This document shows positions 28,127 through 38,881 of a stretch of DNA of 47,697 nucleotides, in pieces. The notes beneath the pieces were generated by a model. That model was not told where the DNA came from. It was given only the letters and a program-made list of their open reading frames with translations, and made no database searches. A program made the translations under genes and the position numbers. This DNA is from Saprospiraceae bacterium. GTDB lineage: Bacteria; Bacteroidota; Bacteroidia; Chitinophagales; Saprospiraceae. The stretch's first letter is position 1; each line of letters starts with the position of its first letter. Where the stretch lies: assembly GCA_036835365.1 (NCBI GenBank), contig DAITMC010000003.1:1-47697 (forward strand), in the 5' to 3' direction.

Positions 28127-29410
28127 GTGATTTGGCGTAAAAAAGATGATTCAGCTAAAGCAACAACTTACTGGCGTATTATTCGCCAAAGGTTTCTTCA
28201 GCACCGCTTAGCCAAGTGGTCGTTACGAATCCTTTACGTCCTTATCTTTGTAGCCATTTTTGGAGATTTTCTTGCCAATGAACGCCCAATTGTATGTAAA
28301 TTAGATGGTAGCTGGCAAACGCCCGTTCTAAAATGGTATGCTATCCAATTTGGTTTAACCGATTGGACGGCGGATTTCAGAACAAAAGATTGGTTAAAAG
28401 CACCCTATGAATTTAAGATATTGCCACCCATTCCATACTCGGCTACCTATCAAGACCGGAAAAATAGAAATTTGGTAAGCCCTTTTGCTGAACAAAACAT
28501 CCCTAGCTGGCGATTTAGGCATTGGTTAGGAACAGATAGACTAGGTCGAGATGTTGCCGCAGGTATGATTGCTGGCACAAGAACGGCAATGTTAGTTGGC
28601 TTGATTTCCATGTTCATTGCCACCTCTATTGGTGTTGTGTTAGGTGCAATTGCTGGCTTTTTTGGTGACGACCGCCTAAAAGTCCCGATGCTTAGTCTAT
28701 TTTTGATGCCTATTGGCTTTTTTTTAGGTATTTTCTATGCTTTCATTGTGCGGGCATTTACCATTCAAGAAAGTGAGCATCTATTTGCTGAATTGCTAAA
28801 AAGTGGTGTAATTTTTCTTGCCATATTTAGCGTTTTTATTGGGTTCGGATATTTATTGCAAAAACTTAATTTCCTGACCAAATCAGTAACGCTACCCTTA
28901 GACTTAATTATTATGCGATTAATTGAAGTCTTTAACAGCATCCCCGCATTACTATTAATTCTGGCTTTCGTAGCCGTCATTAAAAAACCTTCCGTTATCT
29001 ATGTAATGCTTATTATTGGTTTCATTCGCTGGACAGGAATCGCTCGATTTATACGAGCAGAAATACTGAAAATCAAACAGTTAGGATATGTTGAAGCTGC
29101 ACACGCATTAGGATTTTCTAATTGGCGTATTCTATTCAGGCACGTTGTGCCTAATGCACTAACGCCAGTGCTTACTACGATTGCTTTTGGTATTGCGGGT
29201 GCTATCCTTACGGAATCGGCACTGTCCTTTTTAGGTATTGGCGTTGACCCGAATGCAGTAACATGGGGTAGTTTACTACGCAATGCTCGCTCCGATTTTA
29301 ATGCTTGGTGGTTGGCTATCTTTCCTGGAATCGCTATTTTTATATCGGTTAGTATTTTTAATCTAATCGGTGAAGGATTGTCAGAAGCCATTGGGGGGAT
29401 GAAAAAATAG
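28127..29410 (+). CDS. ABC transporter permease, OppC/DppC-like (binding-protein-dependent transport inner-membrane component)
   Basis: Motif WLGTDRLGRDVAAGMIAGTR, and EAA-like loop YVEAAHALGFSNWRILFRHVVPNAL. It has a GTG start. No cognate ATPase or binding-protein gene is adjacent. Confidence 0.8.
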   Translation: MIWRKKDDSAKATTYWRIIRQRFLQHRLAKWSLRILYVLIFVAIFGDFLANERPIVCKLDGSWQTPVLKWYAIQFGLTDWTADFRTKDWLKAPYEFKILPPIPYSATYQDRKNRNLVSPFAEQNIPSWRFRHWLGTDRLGRDVAAGMIAGTRTAMLVGLISMFIATSIGVVLGAIAGFFGDDRLKVPMLSLFLMPIGFFLGIFYAFIVRAFTIQESEHLFAELLKSGVIFLAIFSVFIGFGYLLQKLNFLTKSVTLPLDLIIMRLIEVFNSIPALLLILAFVAVIKKPSVIYVMLIIGFIRWTGIARFIRAEILKIKQLGYVEAAHALGFSNWRILFRHVVPNALTPVLTTIAFGIAGAILTESALSFLGIGVDPNAVTWGSLLRNARSDFNAWWLAIFPGIAIFISVSIFNLIGEGLSEAIGGMKK

Positions 29411-29594
29411 CTAGAAATGATAACAGAGCGTTAAATTCTTCCTTATCCCGTTAAATATTAGTTAATCCAAGGTTCGTTTATGCAACTTGTACCCTATCTT
29501 AGTAGTCTAAATAGACAAATGAAAGAGCAGACATTCATTCAAGCTCAATCATTAGGGAAGTTCAGAAGTATTTTTAACTTTAAAATCAGTAATA

Positions 29595-30116
29595 ATGACA
29601 ACAAATAGGATGAAAACTTTGGTCTTAGCAATGACCTTCGCAACGGTATGCAGTTTCCAAGTAACAGCACAAAAAATTGCAGTCGTTGATATTACGGTAG
29701 TGCTAGAAAGTATTTCCGATTATCAAAGTGCACAAGATGCTTTGGATAAACAAGCCGCAAAATGGCGACAAGATATTGCGGAAGAATACGACCGAATAAA
29801 AGGAATGTACAACAAATATCAAGCCGAACAAGTGTTATTGAGCGAGGATGCACGTCGCCAACGTGAGGACGAAATTATGAATCTCGAAACACAAGTGCGT
29901 GATTTACAACGTCGTAAGTTTGGCCCTGAAGGTGAATTGTTCCAAAAAAGACAGGAGTTGGTACAGCCTATTCAAGAAAAAGTATATCGCTCCATTGAGC
30001 GTTTTGCATTGGATCGTGGCTATGATTTTATCTTTGATAAATCAGGGAGTGCCGGCTTAATTTTCAGTAATCCAAGTTTCGACGTCACAGAAGAAGTAAT
30101 CAGACGTGTGCGTTAG
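29595..30116 (+). CDS. OmpH/Skp-family periplasmic chaperone
   Basis: Signal peptide, then KIAVVD, a long coiled-coil rich in Q/E/R, and ...RGYDFIFDKS, typical of OmpH. Confidence 0.85.
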   Translation: MTTNRMKTLVLAMTFATVCSFQVTAQKIAVVDITVVLESISDYQSAQDALDKQAAKWRQDIAEEYDRIKGMYNKYQAEQVLLSEDARRQREDEIMNLETQVRDLQRRKFGPEGELFQKRQELVQPIQEKVYRSIERFALDRGYDFIFDKSGSAGLIFSNPSFDVTEEVIRRVR

Positions 30117-30242
30117 TTATTTTCTTTAGCAGTACAGTCTAATTTTTTTGATAGACCGACAAACAGAGCAATGGAATTGTCAAAGAACAAGTTATCTTTG
30201 CGCTAAATTTTGACATTAATTCTTTAAATTCATTCAATAAAA

Positions 30243-30749
30243 ATGAAGCATATATTAAGTATTGTTTTTTCTTTAGCTCTAATGCTAGGCACTCTTTCCC
30301 TTCAAGGACAAAAATTTGGATATGTTAATTCCGGCGAAATCCTTGCAGCATTACCTGAGGTCAAGCAAGCAGAGGCTAACATTGAAGCGTTGAGGAAACA
30401 ACTGGAAAAAAAGTTTCAACAAGATTTACAATCATTACAAACGGCCTATCAAGCGGCACAACAAAAAGTGGCAGATGGTTTGCTTTCTCCAAAACAACAG
30501 GAGGAAGAAGCCAATAAATTGAAGGTCAAAGAAGATGAGTTGCGAAAATACGAAGCAGATAGTCAACAAAAGTTGGCGGCGAAGCAGCAAGAGTTGGTGC
30601 AACCCATTTTAGACAAAGTAAATAAAGCCATCCAAGATGTAGCCAAAGAAAATGGCTATCAATTTATCTTCGATGAAGCGGTGTTGCTTTATCGCGATCC
30701 CAGTATGGATGTTGATAAATTAGTAAGAGCCAAACTAGGTATTCAGTAG
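30243..30749 (+). CDS. OmpH/Skp-family periplasmic chaperone (second paralog)
   Basis: Signal peptide, KFGYVNSGEIL, a coiled-coil and NGYQFIFDE. This is the tandem paralog arrangement common in Bacteroidota. Confidence 0.85.
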   Translation: MKHILSIVFSLALMLGTLSLQGQKFGYVNSGEILAALPEVKQAEANIEALRKQLEKKFQQDLQSLQTAYQAAQQKVADGLLSPKQQEEEANKLKVKEDELRKYEADSQQKLAAKQQELVQPILDKVNKAIQDVAKENGYQFIFDEAVLLYRDPSMDVDKLVRAKLGIQ

Positions 30750-30768
30750 CCCCTAGATTGTATTATTG

Positions 30769-30811
30769 AAAATAGGACTTACTACATGAACTGTGGTAAG
30801 TCCTATTTTTT
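30769..30811. terminator. bidirectional intrinsic terminator (skp / pckA convergent)
   Basis: aaaataggacttac (30769-30782) and gtaagtcctatttt (30796-30809) form a perfect 14-bp stem, flanked by A/T runs. Confidence 0.75.
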
Positions 30812-30827
30812 GATAGGTAGTCCTTAA

Positions 30828-32414
30828 TTATATCGCCAATTTTGGTCCAGCCTGAGCGATAGCGGGGTCAACACCCTGCTCAAATTGCTTGAAATTTTCT
30901 TGAAATAGTAATACCAATTTTTGTTTTACGGCATCGTATTTCTCTTTGTTTGCCCAAGTATTTCGAGGCATCAAGAGTTCAGAAGGCACTCCTGGACAAA
31001 TAGTAGGTATTTCAATACCAAACTCAGGGTCAACCACCATTACCGCATTATCAAAAGCATGGTTATGAATAGCGTCAATCATAGCTCTAGTGTAGCGCAA
31101 TTTAATCCTTGACCCCACACCGTAAGAGCCACCCGTCCAGCCGGTGTTAATCATCCATGCTTGAGCATTACATTCTTTAATCTTTTTAGCCAATAAAGTA
31201 GCATATTTATTAGGATGCCAAATCATAAAGGCAGCACCAAAGCAAGCGGAAAAAGTAGCTTCGGGATCAACGATGCCCATTTCTGTTCCTGCTACTTTAG
31301 CCGTATAACCGGAGATGAAGTGATAGCTAGCTTGCTCAGGTGTAAGTCGGCTAATAGGAGGCAATACACCAAAAGCATCTAACGTAAGAAAAATAATATT
31401 TTGTGGTAAGCCTGCTACACAGGGAATTTGAGTATTATTAATGAACTGGATAGGATAACAAGCCCGAGTATTCTCTGTAATTGAAATATTAGTGTAGTCC
31501 ACTATTCTGGTTTGTTCATCATATACTACATTCTCTAGTACGGCACCATAGCGGATGGCGTTGAAAATATCAGGTTCATTTTCGGCGGAAAGATTGATGG
31601 CTTTGGCATAGCAACCCCCTTCAATATTGAAAACACCATCATCTGTCCAACAATGCTCATCATCGCCTATTAGTTTTCGCTTAGGGTCGGCACTTAAAGT
31701 TGTTTTTCCTGTCCCTGAAAGTCCAAATAAAACGGTTACATCATTCTTCTCACCGACATTGGCGGAGCAGTGCATCGGCAACACATCTTGAAGCGGCATT
31801 AAATAGTTCATCACTGAAAAAATACCTTTTTTCATCTCTCCGGCATAATTTGTCCCTAATATTACAATCTCTTGCTTTTCCAAATTAAGGTCAATACTTG
31901 TTTTAGAGGTCATACCTGAAGTTTGTCTATTGGCAGGGAACGTGCCACTATTAAAAACGACATAGTCGGGTTCGCCAAATTTTTCTAGCTGGTCTCTTGT
32001 AGGCATAATGAGCATATTCTGCATGAAAAGGGCGTGGTAAGCCTTTGTGCAGATAATACGTACTTTAATGCGGTATTTTTCGTCCCAACCAGCGTAGGCA
32101 TCTACAACAAAAATACGTTCTCTAGTATTCAGATAATCTGTGGCACGCTCTCGATTAACCATAAAAGTATGCTCATTAACTGCAATATTCACATTGCCCC
32201 AATCCACATTCCTCTCTGACTGTGGACTTCTCACAATGTGCCGATCTTTGGGGCTACGTCCTGTTTTTTCGCCAGAATAGACCAATAATGCACCTGTGTT
32301 GTTCATTGCGGTACCCTTCTCTAAACTTAGTCCTATTTCGTATAGTTTAGGAACGCTGATATTGCGATAAATTTCTTTTACACGAATGCCATATTGCAAA
32401 AGGTTAAATGCCAT
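30828..32414 (-). CDS. pckA: phosphoenolpyruvate carboxykinase (ATP)
   Basis: 528 aa. Kinase-1a P-loop FGLSGTGKTTLS, IGDDEH, and conserved NTGWTGG near the C-terminus. Confidence 0.95.
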   Translation of the reverse strand: MAFNLLQYGIRVKEIYRNISVPKLYEIGLSLEKGTAMNNTGALLVYSGEKTGRSPKDRHIVRSPQSERNVDWGNVNIAVNEHTFMVNRERATDYLNTRERIFVVDAYAGWDEKYRIKVRIICTKAYHALFMQNMLIMPTRDQLEKFGEPDYVVFNSGTFPANRQTSGMTSKTSIDLNLEKQEIVILGTNYAGEMKKGIFSVMNYLMPLQDVLPMHCSANVGEKNDVTVLFGLSGTGKTTLSADPKRKLIGDDEHCWTDDGVFNIEGGCYAKAINLSAENEPDIFNAIRYGAVLENVVYDEQTRIVDYTNISITENTRACYPIQFINNTQIPCVAGLPQNIIFLTLDAFGVLPPISRLTPEQASYHFISGYTAKVAGTEMGIVDPEATFSACFGAAFMIWHPNKYATLLAKKIKECNAQAWMINTGWTGGSYGVGSRIKLRYTRAMIDAIHNHAFDNAVMVVDPEFGIEIPTICPGVPSELLMPRNTWANKEKYDAVKQKLVLLFQENFKQFEQGVDPAIAQAGPKLAI

Positions 32415-32614
32415 AATGATATGTTTTTAAATGGATAAATGTGATTAGGTAAATGAATTCATCTTCAAAGTTAACAGAAAAAGAGGTTAAATAAATTTGA
32501 TTTCCTGATAAATATAAAGATGATATTTGTCATTTCCCGAAATGATAATCTCGATAAGAGCAAATAAGTTCTATTTTTGAGGTAGCTTAAAAATTAATAT
32601 TAAAATTTTATTTT

Positions 32615-34222
32615 ATGAAAAAAATATTTGCAATCAGTTTCTTTTGTATGAGTTTAGCTCATGCTGCTTACACTCAAATGCAAGCTATTATTCCAGAGGC
32701 TGAAGTTGCCCTTGAAATGGATTTGGCGGCAACAATTACTGCGGAAGGACTGCGCGAAATACTCACCATTTTAGCCTCAGATGAATATGAAGGGCGTGAA
32801 ACAGGCACAGCAGGGCAGCGCAAAGCAGCAGACTATATCGCTAATAAATTCAAGGCGCTTGGGTTGCCCACTATCGGTGAAAATGAATCTTATTTTCAGC
32901 AAATTATCTTCACTTCTGAGAGTTGGGAAAAAGTAGAAATGACCATTAATGGCACAAGCTATCGGCACCTTTGGGATTTTTATGCCTACCCTACACGCAA
33001 TGGCGATTTGCCAGAGGCGACCTTCAGCGAGGTCACTTTTTTAGGGTATGGTATTGATGCACCAAATTATAGTGATTACAAGAATAAAAATATTGCAGGA
33101 AAAGCGATTTTAATTTACGACGGCGAACCCACTGATGCCAAAGGAAATTCTTTGCTATCAGGCACTTCAGCACTATCGGATTGGTCAACCGATTGGACAA
33201 AAAAGTTGAGAACGGCTAAGGAAAAAGGAGCTGCTATGGTATTTATCATTGACCCTAAACTCAAGGAAAATATTCAAGAAAACCGACGTTTTTTGCTAGG
33301 CTCAAGAATGAGTATTGGAGCAGGAGAAAATCCTGAAGAAAATTTTGCTAATCATTTGTACATCTCCTCCACAATGGCAAAAGATATGGTGGGCAAATTT
33401 TTCAAAAAAGTGGTGAAAGCTAGAGGAAATATTCTGAAAAAAGGAAAATTAAAATCCGTTGATATTCCTGTGGCAGTAAATGTAATACAGCGCAAATTGA
33501 AAAATCAACTCGTTGGCTCAAACGTGTTAGGCTTCATTGAGGGGATTGACCCTAAATTGAAAAACGAAGTCGTTGTTATCACTGCGCATTATGATCATTT
33601 GGGCAAAAAAGGTGAAAGTGTTTTCAATGGCGCTGATGATAATGGCTCTGGCTCTTCTTCGGTATTGAAGGTCGCAGAAGCCTTTGTAAAAGCGAAGGCA
33701 CAGGGAGCAGGTCCTCGTCGAAGTGTGTTGGTGATGCTGGTTTCGGGAGAAGAAAAAGGATTATTAGGCTCTCAATACTATGCGGAAAATCCAATTTTTC
33801 CGATAGAAAATACAGTAGTCAATATTAATGTGGATATGGTAGGGCGAGTGGATGAAAAATACAAAGATAATCCAAACTACATTTATGTAATTGGCTCCGA
33901 TAGGTTAAGTACTGAGTTACACGAAATTAACGAAACTGCTAATGCCACATTCACCAATTTAATTTTGGATTATACTTACAATGACGACAAAGACCCCAAT
34001 CGTTTCTATTATCGTTCTGACCATTACAATTTTGCAAAAAAAGGCATTCCTGCTATATTTTATTTCAATGGTACACACCCCGATTATCACCGCCCCTCTG
34101 ATACTGTGGAGAAAATTAACTTTGAAAAAATGGAAAAGATAGCACGTTTAGTGTTTCATACTGCTTGGGAACTTGCCAACCGTGATAAACGCATTGAAGT
34201 GAACGTGGTTGGGAGGAACTAA
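32615..34222 (+). CDS. M28-family zinc aminopeptidase with PA domain
   Basis: Signal peptide, then metal ligands in ITAHYDHLG, GADDNGSGSSS, SGEEKGLLGS, NVDMVG and SDHYNF. Confidence 0.88.
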   Translation: MKKIFAISFFCMSLAHAAYTQMQAIIPEAEVALEMDLAATITAEGLREILTILASDEYEGRETGTAGQRKAADYIANKFKALGLPTIGENESYFQQIIFTSESWEKVEMTINGTSYRHLWDFYAYPTRNGDLPEATFSEVTFLGYGIDAPNYSDYKNKNIAGKAILIYDGEPTDAKGNSLLSGTSALSDWSTDWTKKLRTAKEKGAAMVFIIDPKLKENIQENRRFLLGSRMSIGAGENPEENFANHLYISSTMAKDMVGKFFKKVVKARGNILKKGKLKSVDIPVAVNVIQRKLKNQLVGSNVLGFIEGIDPKLKNEVVVITAHYDHLGKKGESVFNGADDNGSGSSSVLKVAEAFVKAKAQGAGPRRSVLVMLVSGEEKGLLGSQYYAENPIFPIENTVVNINVDMVGRVDEKYKDNPNYIYVIGSDRLSTELHEINETANATFTNLILDYTYNDDKDPNRFYYRSDHYNFAKKGIPAIFYFNGTHPDYHRPSDTVEKINFEKMEKIARLVFHTAWELANRDKRIEVNVVGRN

Positions 34223-34252
34223 GGTACAGCAACATTTATGCCTGAAATGAAT

Positions 34253-34293
34253 AAGCGGAGTAAAAAATGGTAAGCACTATTTTTACTCCGCTT
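34253..34293. terminator. bidirectional intrinsic terminator (M28 peptidase / sdhB convergent)
   Basis: aagcggagtaaaaa (34253-34266) and tttttactccgctt (34280-34293) form a perfect 14-bp stem. Confidence 0.75.
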
Positions 34294-34309
34294 CGAGTTG
34301 CTTGGTGCG

Positions 34310-35062
34310 TTATACTGTTTTTTCAGAAGTGAATACCGAAGTCAAATATTCTCTGTTTAATCGAGCAATATTATTGACGGAGATTTCTTTTGGACACTCT
34401 GCTTCACAAGCCGTTACGTTGGAGCATCTTCCGAAACCTTCCATATCCATTGTTTTCACCATGGCTTGAGCACGTTTTTTAGCTTCGACTTTTCCTTGTG
34501 GCAACATCGCTAAATGAGATACTTTTGCTGAAACAAATAGCATGGCAGACGCATTAGGACAAGCGGCTACGCAAGCTCCACATCCGATGCAAGCTGCTGC
34601 ATCAAATGCCATAGAAGCAGTATCCTTATCCACAGGAATAGCGTTGGCATCCTGCGCTTGACCTGTATTCACAGAAACATAGCCTCCCGATTGAATGATG
34701 CGGTCAAATGCCGAGCGATCCACCACTAAATCTTTGATTACAGGGAACGCTCTTGCGCGGAAGGGTTCAATATAAATCGTATCGCCATCCTTGAACGAGC
34801 GCATATGCAACTGGCAAGTCGTCGTTGCCTTTTGTGGACCATGAGGTTGACCATTGATGACCATACTGCAAGTACCACAAATCCCTTCGCGGCAGTCATG
34901 CTCGAAAGCAACGGGCTGTTCCTTTTTCTGTACCAAACTTTCATTCAACACATCCATCATCTCTAAGAAAGACATTTCTTCCTTCACCTCATCCAGTTTA
35001 TATTCTACGAACTGCCCTTTATACTTTCCACCCTGTCTCCAAACTTTAAGTGTTATTTTCAT
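34310..35062 (-). CDS. sdhB: succinate dehydrogenase / fumarate reductase iron-sulfur subunit
   Basis: 2Fe-2S ligands CREGICGTC, 4Fe-4S ligands [12 protein letters not shown], 3Fe-4S ligands C..V.ACEAECP. Confidence 0.95.
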   Translation of the reverse strand: MKITLKVWRQGGKYKGQFVEYKLDEVKEEMSFLEMMDVLNESLVQKKEQPVAFEHDCREGICGTCSMVINGQPHGPQKATTTCQLHMRSFKDGDTIYIEPFRARAFPVIKDLVVDRSAFDRIIQSGGYVSVNTGQAQDANAIPVDKDTASMAFDAAACIGCGACVAACPNASAMLFVSAKVSHLAMLPQGKVEAKKRAQAMVKTMDMEGFGRCSNVTACEAECPKEISVNNIARLNREYLTSVFTSEKTV

Positions 35063-35268
35063 TTTGTAATTATTTTATGATTGTACCTGTTCCCTTATTT
35101 CTACAACTGTATTTGCCCAGTTTAGGCTAGATTCTCTTACATTTTGATTTAAAAGTTATGATGCCCTTTGCCTCCTCTATTGATTAATTAAAAACCTAGT
35201 TGTGGAAAATCAAATGACTTTACTTAGCCCTATGTTTCAACATAAGGCATAAGTAAAATGCGTCTTGT

Positions 35269-37209
35269 TTACTTATAACTTCTTGTAATCAACTTCACAT
35301 TTTCAAACACTAATTCTTCTTTGTGCAATACTGGTTCACTTGGGTTGTTACCAAATTCCCAAGCAGCCACGTAAGCGTAATCCTCATCGTTTCTCAACGC
35401 TTCGCCCTCCTCTGTTTGATGTTCTTCACGGAAGTGTCCGCCACAGGATTCCTCTCTATTCAAGGCATCCATACACATCAGTTCCCCTAGTTCCATGAAA
35501 TCAGCAACACGAAGCGCTTTTTCTAGTTCTGGATTGTATTCTTCATTTGTACCTGGCACAAAAGCATCGCGATAAAATTCTTCGCGCAGTTCCTTAATCA
35601 TCCTCATTGCTTTTTTCAAGCCATCTGCATTGCGTGACATCCCGCAATAGTCCCACATAATTAAGCCCAAACGACGGTGAAAACTCTCTACCGATTGGTT
35701 GCCATTTGCAGCTAATAAATGATTAATTCTATCTCGTACTTCTTTTTCTGCTGCCTCAAATTCTGGAAGGTCGGTGTCTATTTTTGGCGTTCTGATTTCT
35801 TTTGCCAAAAAGTTACCAATAGTGTAAGGAATCACAAAATAACCATCTGCCAAACCTTGCATCAATGCTGAAGCACCTAAACGATTAGCACCATGATCTG
35901 AGAAATTAGCCTCGCCTAGTGCAAAACATCCTGAAACAGTAGTCTCCAAATTGTAATCCACCCAAAGCCCGCCCATGGTGTAGTGTACGGCTGGATAGAT
36001 GCGCATAGGCACTTTGTAAGGATTTTCTCCTGTTATTTTTTCGTAAATTTCAAATAAGTTTCCATAGCGCGCACTAATGACATCTTTGCCTAAACGCTTG
36101 ATAGCGTCAGCGAAATCCAAGTAAACAGACAATCCTGTTTCGCCCAAGCCTCGTCCTTCATCGCATACATATTTGGCTGCACGCGAAGCCACATCTCTTG
36201 GCACTAAATTACCAAAAGACGGATAAATACGCTCTAAGTAATAATCTCTTTGCTCCTCCGATAAATCTAAAGGCGATTTTTTGCCCTCTCTTATAGCTTT
36301 TGCATCTTCTTGCGATTTAGGCACCCACACTCGACCGTCATTCCTTAATGATTCTGACATCAACGTCAATTTAGATTGGTAGCTACCAGAAACTGGAATG
36401 CAAGTAGGGTGGATTTGCGTGAAGCAAGGATTGGCAAAGAAAGCACCTCGCTTGTGAGCACGCCAAGCCGCAGAAGTATTGGAATTCATAGCATTAGTGG
36501 AAAGGTAGAATACATTGCCATAACCACCTGTTGCTAACACAACACAATGAGCAGCGTGTCTTTCCAATTCACCAGTCAATAAATTGCGTGCAATAATACC
36601 TCTAGCTTTACCATCCACTAGCACTAAATCTAGCATTTCGTGGCGATTGTACATTTTGACACCACCTGTTGAAATTTGTCTGGAAAGGGACTGATAAGCG
36701 CCAAGCAGTAGCTGCTGCCCCGTCTGACCACGCGCATAGAAGGTACGGCTTACTTGTACGCCACCAAAAGAGCGATTCTCTAATAATCCACCGTACTCGC
36801 GAGCAAAAGGCACACCTTGTGCCACACATTGGTCAATAATGCTTGTACTGACTTCTGCTAAGCGATGAACATTCGCTTCTCTTGAACGATAATCACCCCC
36901 TTTTATCGTATCGTAGAACAAACGATGAACACTATCTCCATCGTTTTGATAGTTTTTTGCTGCATTTATTCCTCCTTGTGCTGCAATGGAATGCGCACGA
37001 CGTGGACTATCATGGAAGGTGAATACTTTTACACTGTAGCCTAGTTCTGCTAAAGTGGAAGCACAAGAAGCACCTGCCAAGCCCGTACCTACTACAATAA
37101 CTTCTAAACGTCTTTTGTTATTTGGAGCAACCAAACTAACGGAAGACTTGTATTGCTGCCATTTTGCGGATAACGTTCCCTCGGGTATCTTTGCATCTAA
37201 TTTTTTCAT
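35269..37209 (-). CDS. sdhA: succinate dehydrogenase / fumarate reductase flavoprotein subunit
   Basis: FAD-binding [12 protein letters not shown], covalent-FAD His context [23 protein letters not shown], and C-terminal [10 protein letters not shown]. Confidence 0.95.
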   Translation of the reverse strand: MKKLDAKIPEGTLSAKWQQYKSSVSLVAPNNKRRLEVIVVGTGLAGASCASTLAELGYSVKVFTFHDSPRRAHSIAAQGGINAAKNYQNDGDSVHRLFYDTIKGGDYRSREANVHRLAEVSTSIIDQCVAQGVPFAREYGGLLENRSFGGVQVSRTFYARGQTGQQLLLGAYQSLSRQISTGGVKMYNRHEMLDLVLVDGKARGIIARNLLTGELERHAAHCVVLATGGYGNVFYLSTNAMNSNTSAAWRAHKRGAFFANPCFTQIHPTCIPVSGSYQSKLTLMSESLRNDGRVWVPKSQEDAKAIREGKKSPLDLSEEQRDYYLERIYPSFGNLVPRDVASRAAKYVCDEGRGLGETGLSVYLDFADAIKRLGKDVISARYGNLFEIYEKITGENPYKVPMRIYPAVHYTMGGLWVDYNLETTVSGCFALGEANFSDHGANRLGASALMQGLADGYFVIPYTIGNFLAKEIRTPKIDTDLPEFEAAEKEVRDRINHLLAANGNQSVESFHRRLGLIMWDYCGMSRNADGLKKAMRMIKELREEFYRDAFVPGTNEEYNPELEKALRVADFMELGELMCMDALNREESCGGHFREEHQTEEGEALRNDEDYAYVAAWEFGNNPSEPVLHKEELVFENVKLITRSYK

Positions 37210-37293
37210 ATGCTGTAATTTGTTTGTATTGATAGTTAACTCACCAATTATTTTCCTATATAAAATGTTTTATGCAATTAATTGTTTGTCAGT

Positions 37294-38007
37294 TTAATGC
37301 AAGAAGCTATTCAATGGATAAATATTCAAGTACATTAAAATAGGAATAATGGCAAAAAGTAGAGGCACCACAATAGCATACAACCAACCTAGCCCTTTTA
37401 TGACAGGCGTATATTTTTGGTGCGTTAGTCCTAATGTTTGGAAAGCACTTTGAAAACCGTGTAATAAATGGTAGCCAATCACTATCATACTGAGCACATA
37501 AATAGTAACATACATAGGATTACTATAGGCTTCAACAACAAGCACATAGAGGTTTTTCACTTGTTCGCCATTGTACTCTGCCATCGGGACTTTACCTAAT
37601 TTCATTTGCAACCAAAATTGATATAAATGAAGCCCTATAAAAACTAAAATAATGATGCCCAACCAAGCCATGTTGTTAGCAGCAAAAGAGTTTGTCCCTA
37701 CTGCTTTAGTTACTTTTTTCGCATATCCTTGTCCACCTCGTGCACTTTTATTTCTACGCCAAAGTACAATACCTTGAATAGCGTGAAGCAATATAGAGGC
37801 ATAAAGCAAGTAAGAAGTTGCTTTAATAATTGGATTAGTGGTCATGAATTTGGCATAAATGTTGAATTGCTCCCCTTCATCGTTGATGAGTAATTGTAGA
37901 TTGCCGGTTAGATGCACTGCCAAAAAAGTGATTAAAAATAAGCCTGTGAGACTCATAATTACTTTTTGCCCTATCGAAGAACCTAAAAAGTTAATAAACC
38001 AATTCAT
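37294..38007 (-). CDS. sdhC: succinate dehydrogenase cytochrome b subunit (b558 / 5-TM type)
   Basis: Polytopic membrane ORF directly upstream of sdhA, with conserved His residues in TM helices (AVHLTGN, LLHAIQG, GLHLYQF, GYHLLHG). The ORF track begins at a TTG at 38049. I prefer the ATG at 38007 (MNWFINFL). Confidence 0.85.
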   Translation of the reverse strand: MNWFINFLGSSIGQKVIMSLTGLFLITFLAVHLTGNLQLLINDEGEQFNIYAKFMTTNPIIKATSYLLYASILLHAIQGIVLWRRNKSARGGQGYAKKVTKAVGTNSFAANNMAWLGIIILVFIGLHLYQFWLQMKLGKVPMAEYNGEQVKNLYVLVVEAYSNPMYVTIYVLSMIVIGYHLLHGFQSAFQTLGLTHQKYTPVIKGLGWLYAIVVPLLFAIIPILMYLNIYPLNSFLH

Positions 38008-38336
38008 ATTGCTATTTTCTGTTTGTTTAAGTTTAGCAAATATACTCAAATAACATTTTTACAGCCAAAAGCATCCAGTAGTAATGATTCTTTTTACATT
38101 ATTTAGAACATGTCTAAACATAAACTTCTAAATGAGATGTGGAAAACTCAATTTTGTTAACACTGCAATATGTTCATATACACCATAACATCTTACATCC
38201 ACACTTTACAAACATACGTCCCTTGTTATTGATTCTGTAAAATATATGATAGGCAAAATTTTAGAAGGCGAAGTTGGCTTAAATACTGATAACAATATAT
38301 TTTCTACTTGAATTACCGACAAGCTAATGTTGGAGG

Positions 38337-38373
38337 TGTGGATAAGCTGTGAATTATTCACAATTTATCCACA
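38337..38373. promoter_or_regulatory. cluster of three consensus DnaA boxes (TTATNCACA)
   Basis: tgtggataa at 38337-38345 is the reverse complement of TTATCCACA. TTATTCACA is at 38354-38362 and TTATCCACA at 38365-38373. A TTTTCCACA variant lies at 38138-38146 on the reverse strand. The cluster is followed by a very AT-rich tract at about 38400-38580. Confidence 0.55.
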
Positions 38374-38881
38374 TCGCTATGTTTGAAAAAAAATAGGAAT
38401 ATTGTTTTATGTAGTTTTGTGAACGCAAAATAAGTTTAATAAATTGATTATCAATTATTTAAGATATAAATATTAACATATAATTACTGATAATCAGTCA
38501 CTTATGTTTAATAATTTTGAAAAAAAATTGCTGAATTAAATTTTTATTCAGATATTTGCATTCCAACTTTTTAAGAAGATTTGATGCAAGTTATAGAGGT
38601 AAGAAATTGAATTAAAGGAACAATAGGCTTTGATTAGATTTCTTGAGTGTTTAGGTATGATTTTTCTTGCAGGAAAATGTATCTTTTGAAGCTTGCTGCC
38701 ATTACTGTTTTAAACACTACCAAAAATCTGAAACCGATTTAATTATAGGCACTTATCAACATGAGTTGTATGAAGACTTCATCGTTTGCATTAAACGAAA
38801 AAGCGACACATACAAGCCAGCGTTGTCTGCCCACGCAAAGTTGTATAAACAATTATCAATATCATATTAACAGTAGCAACA

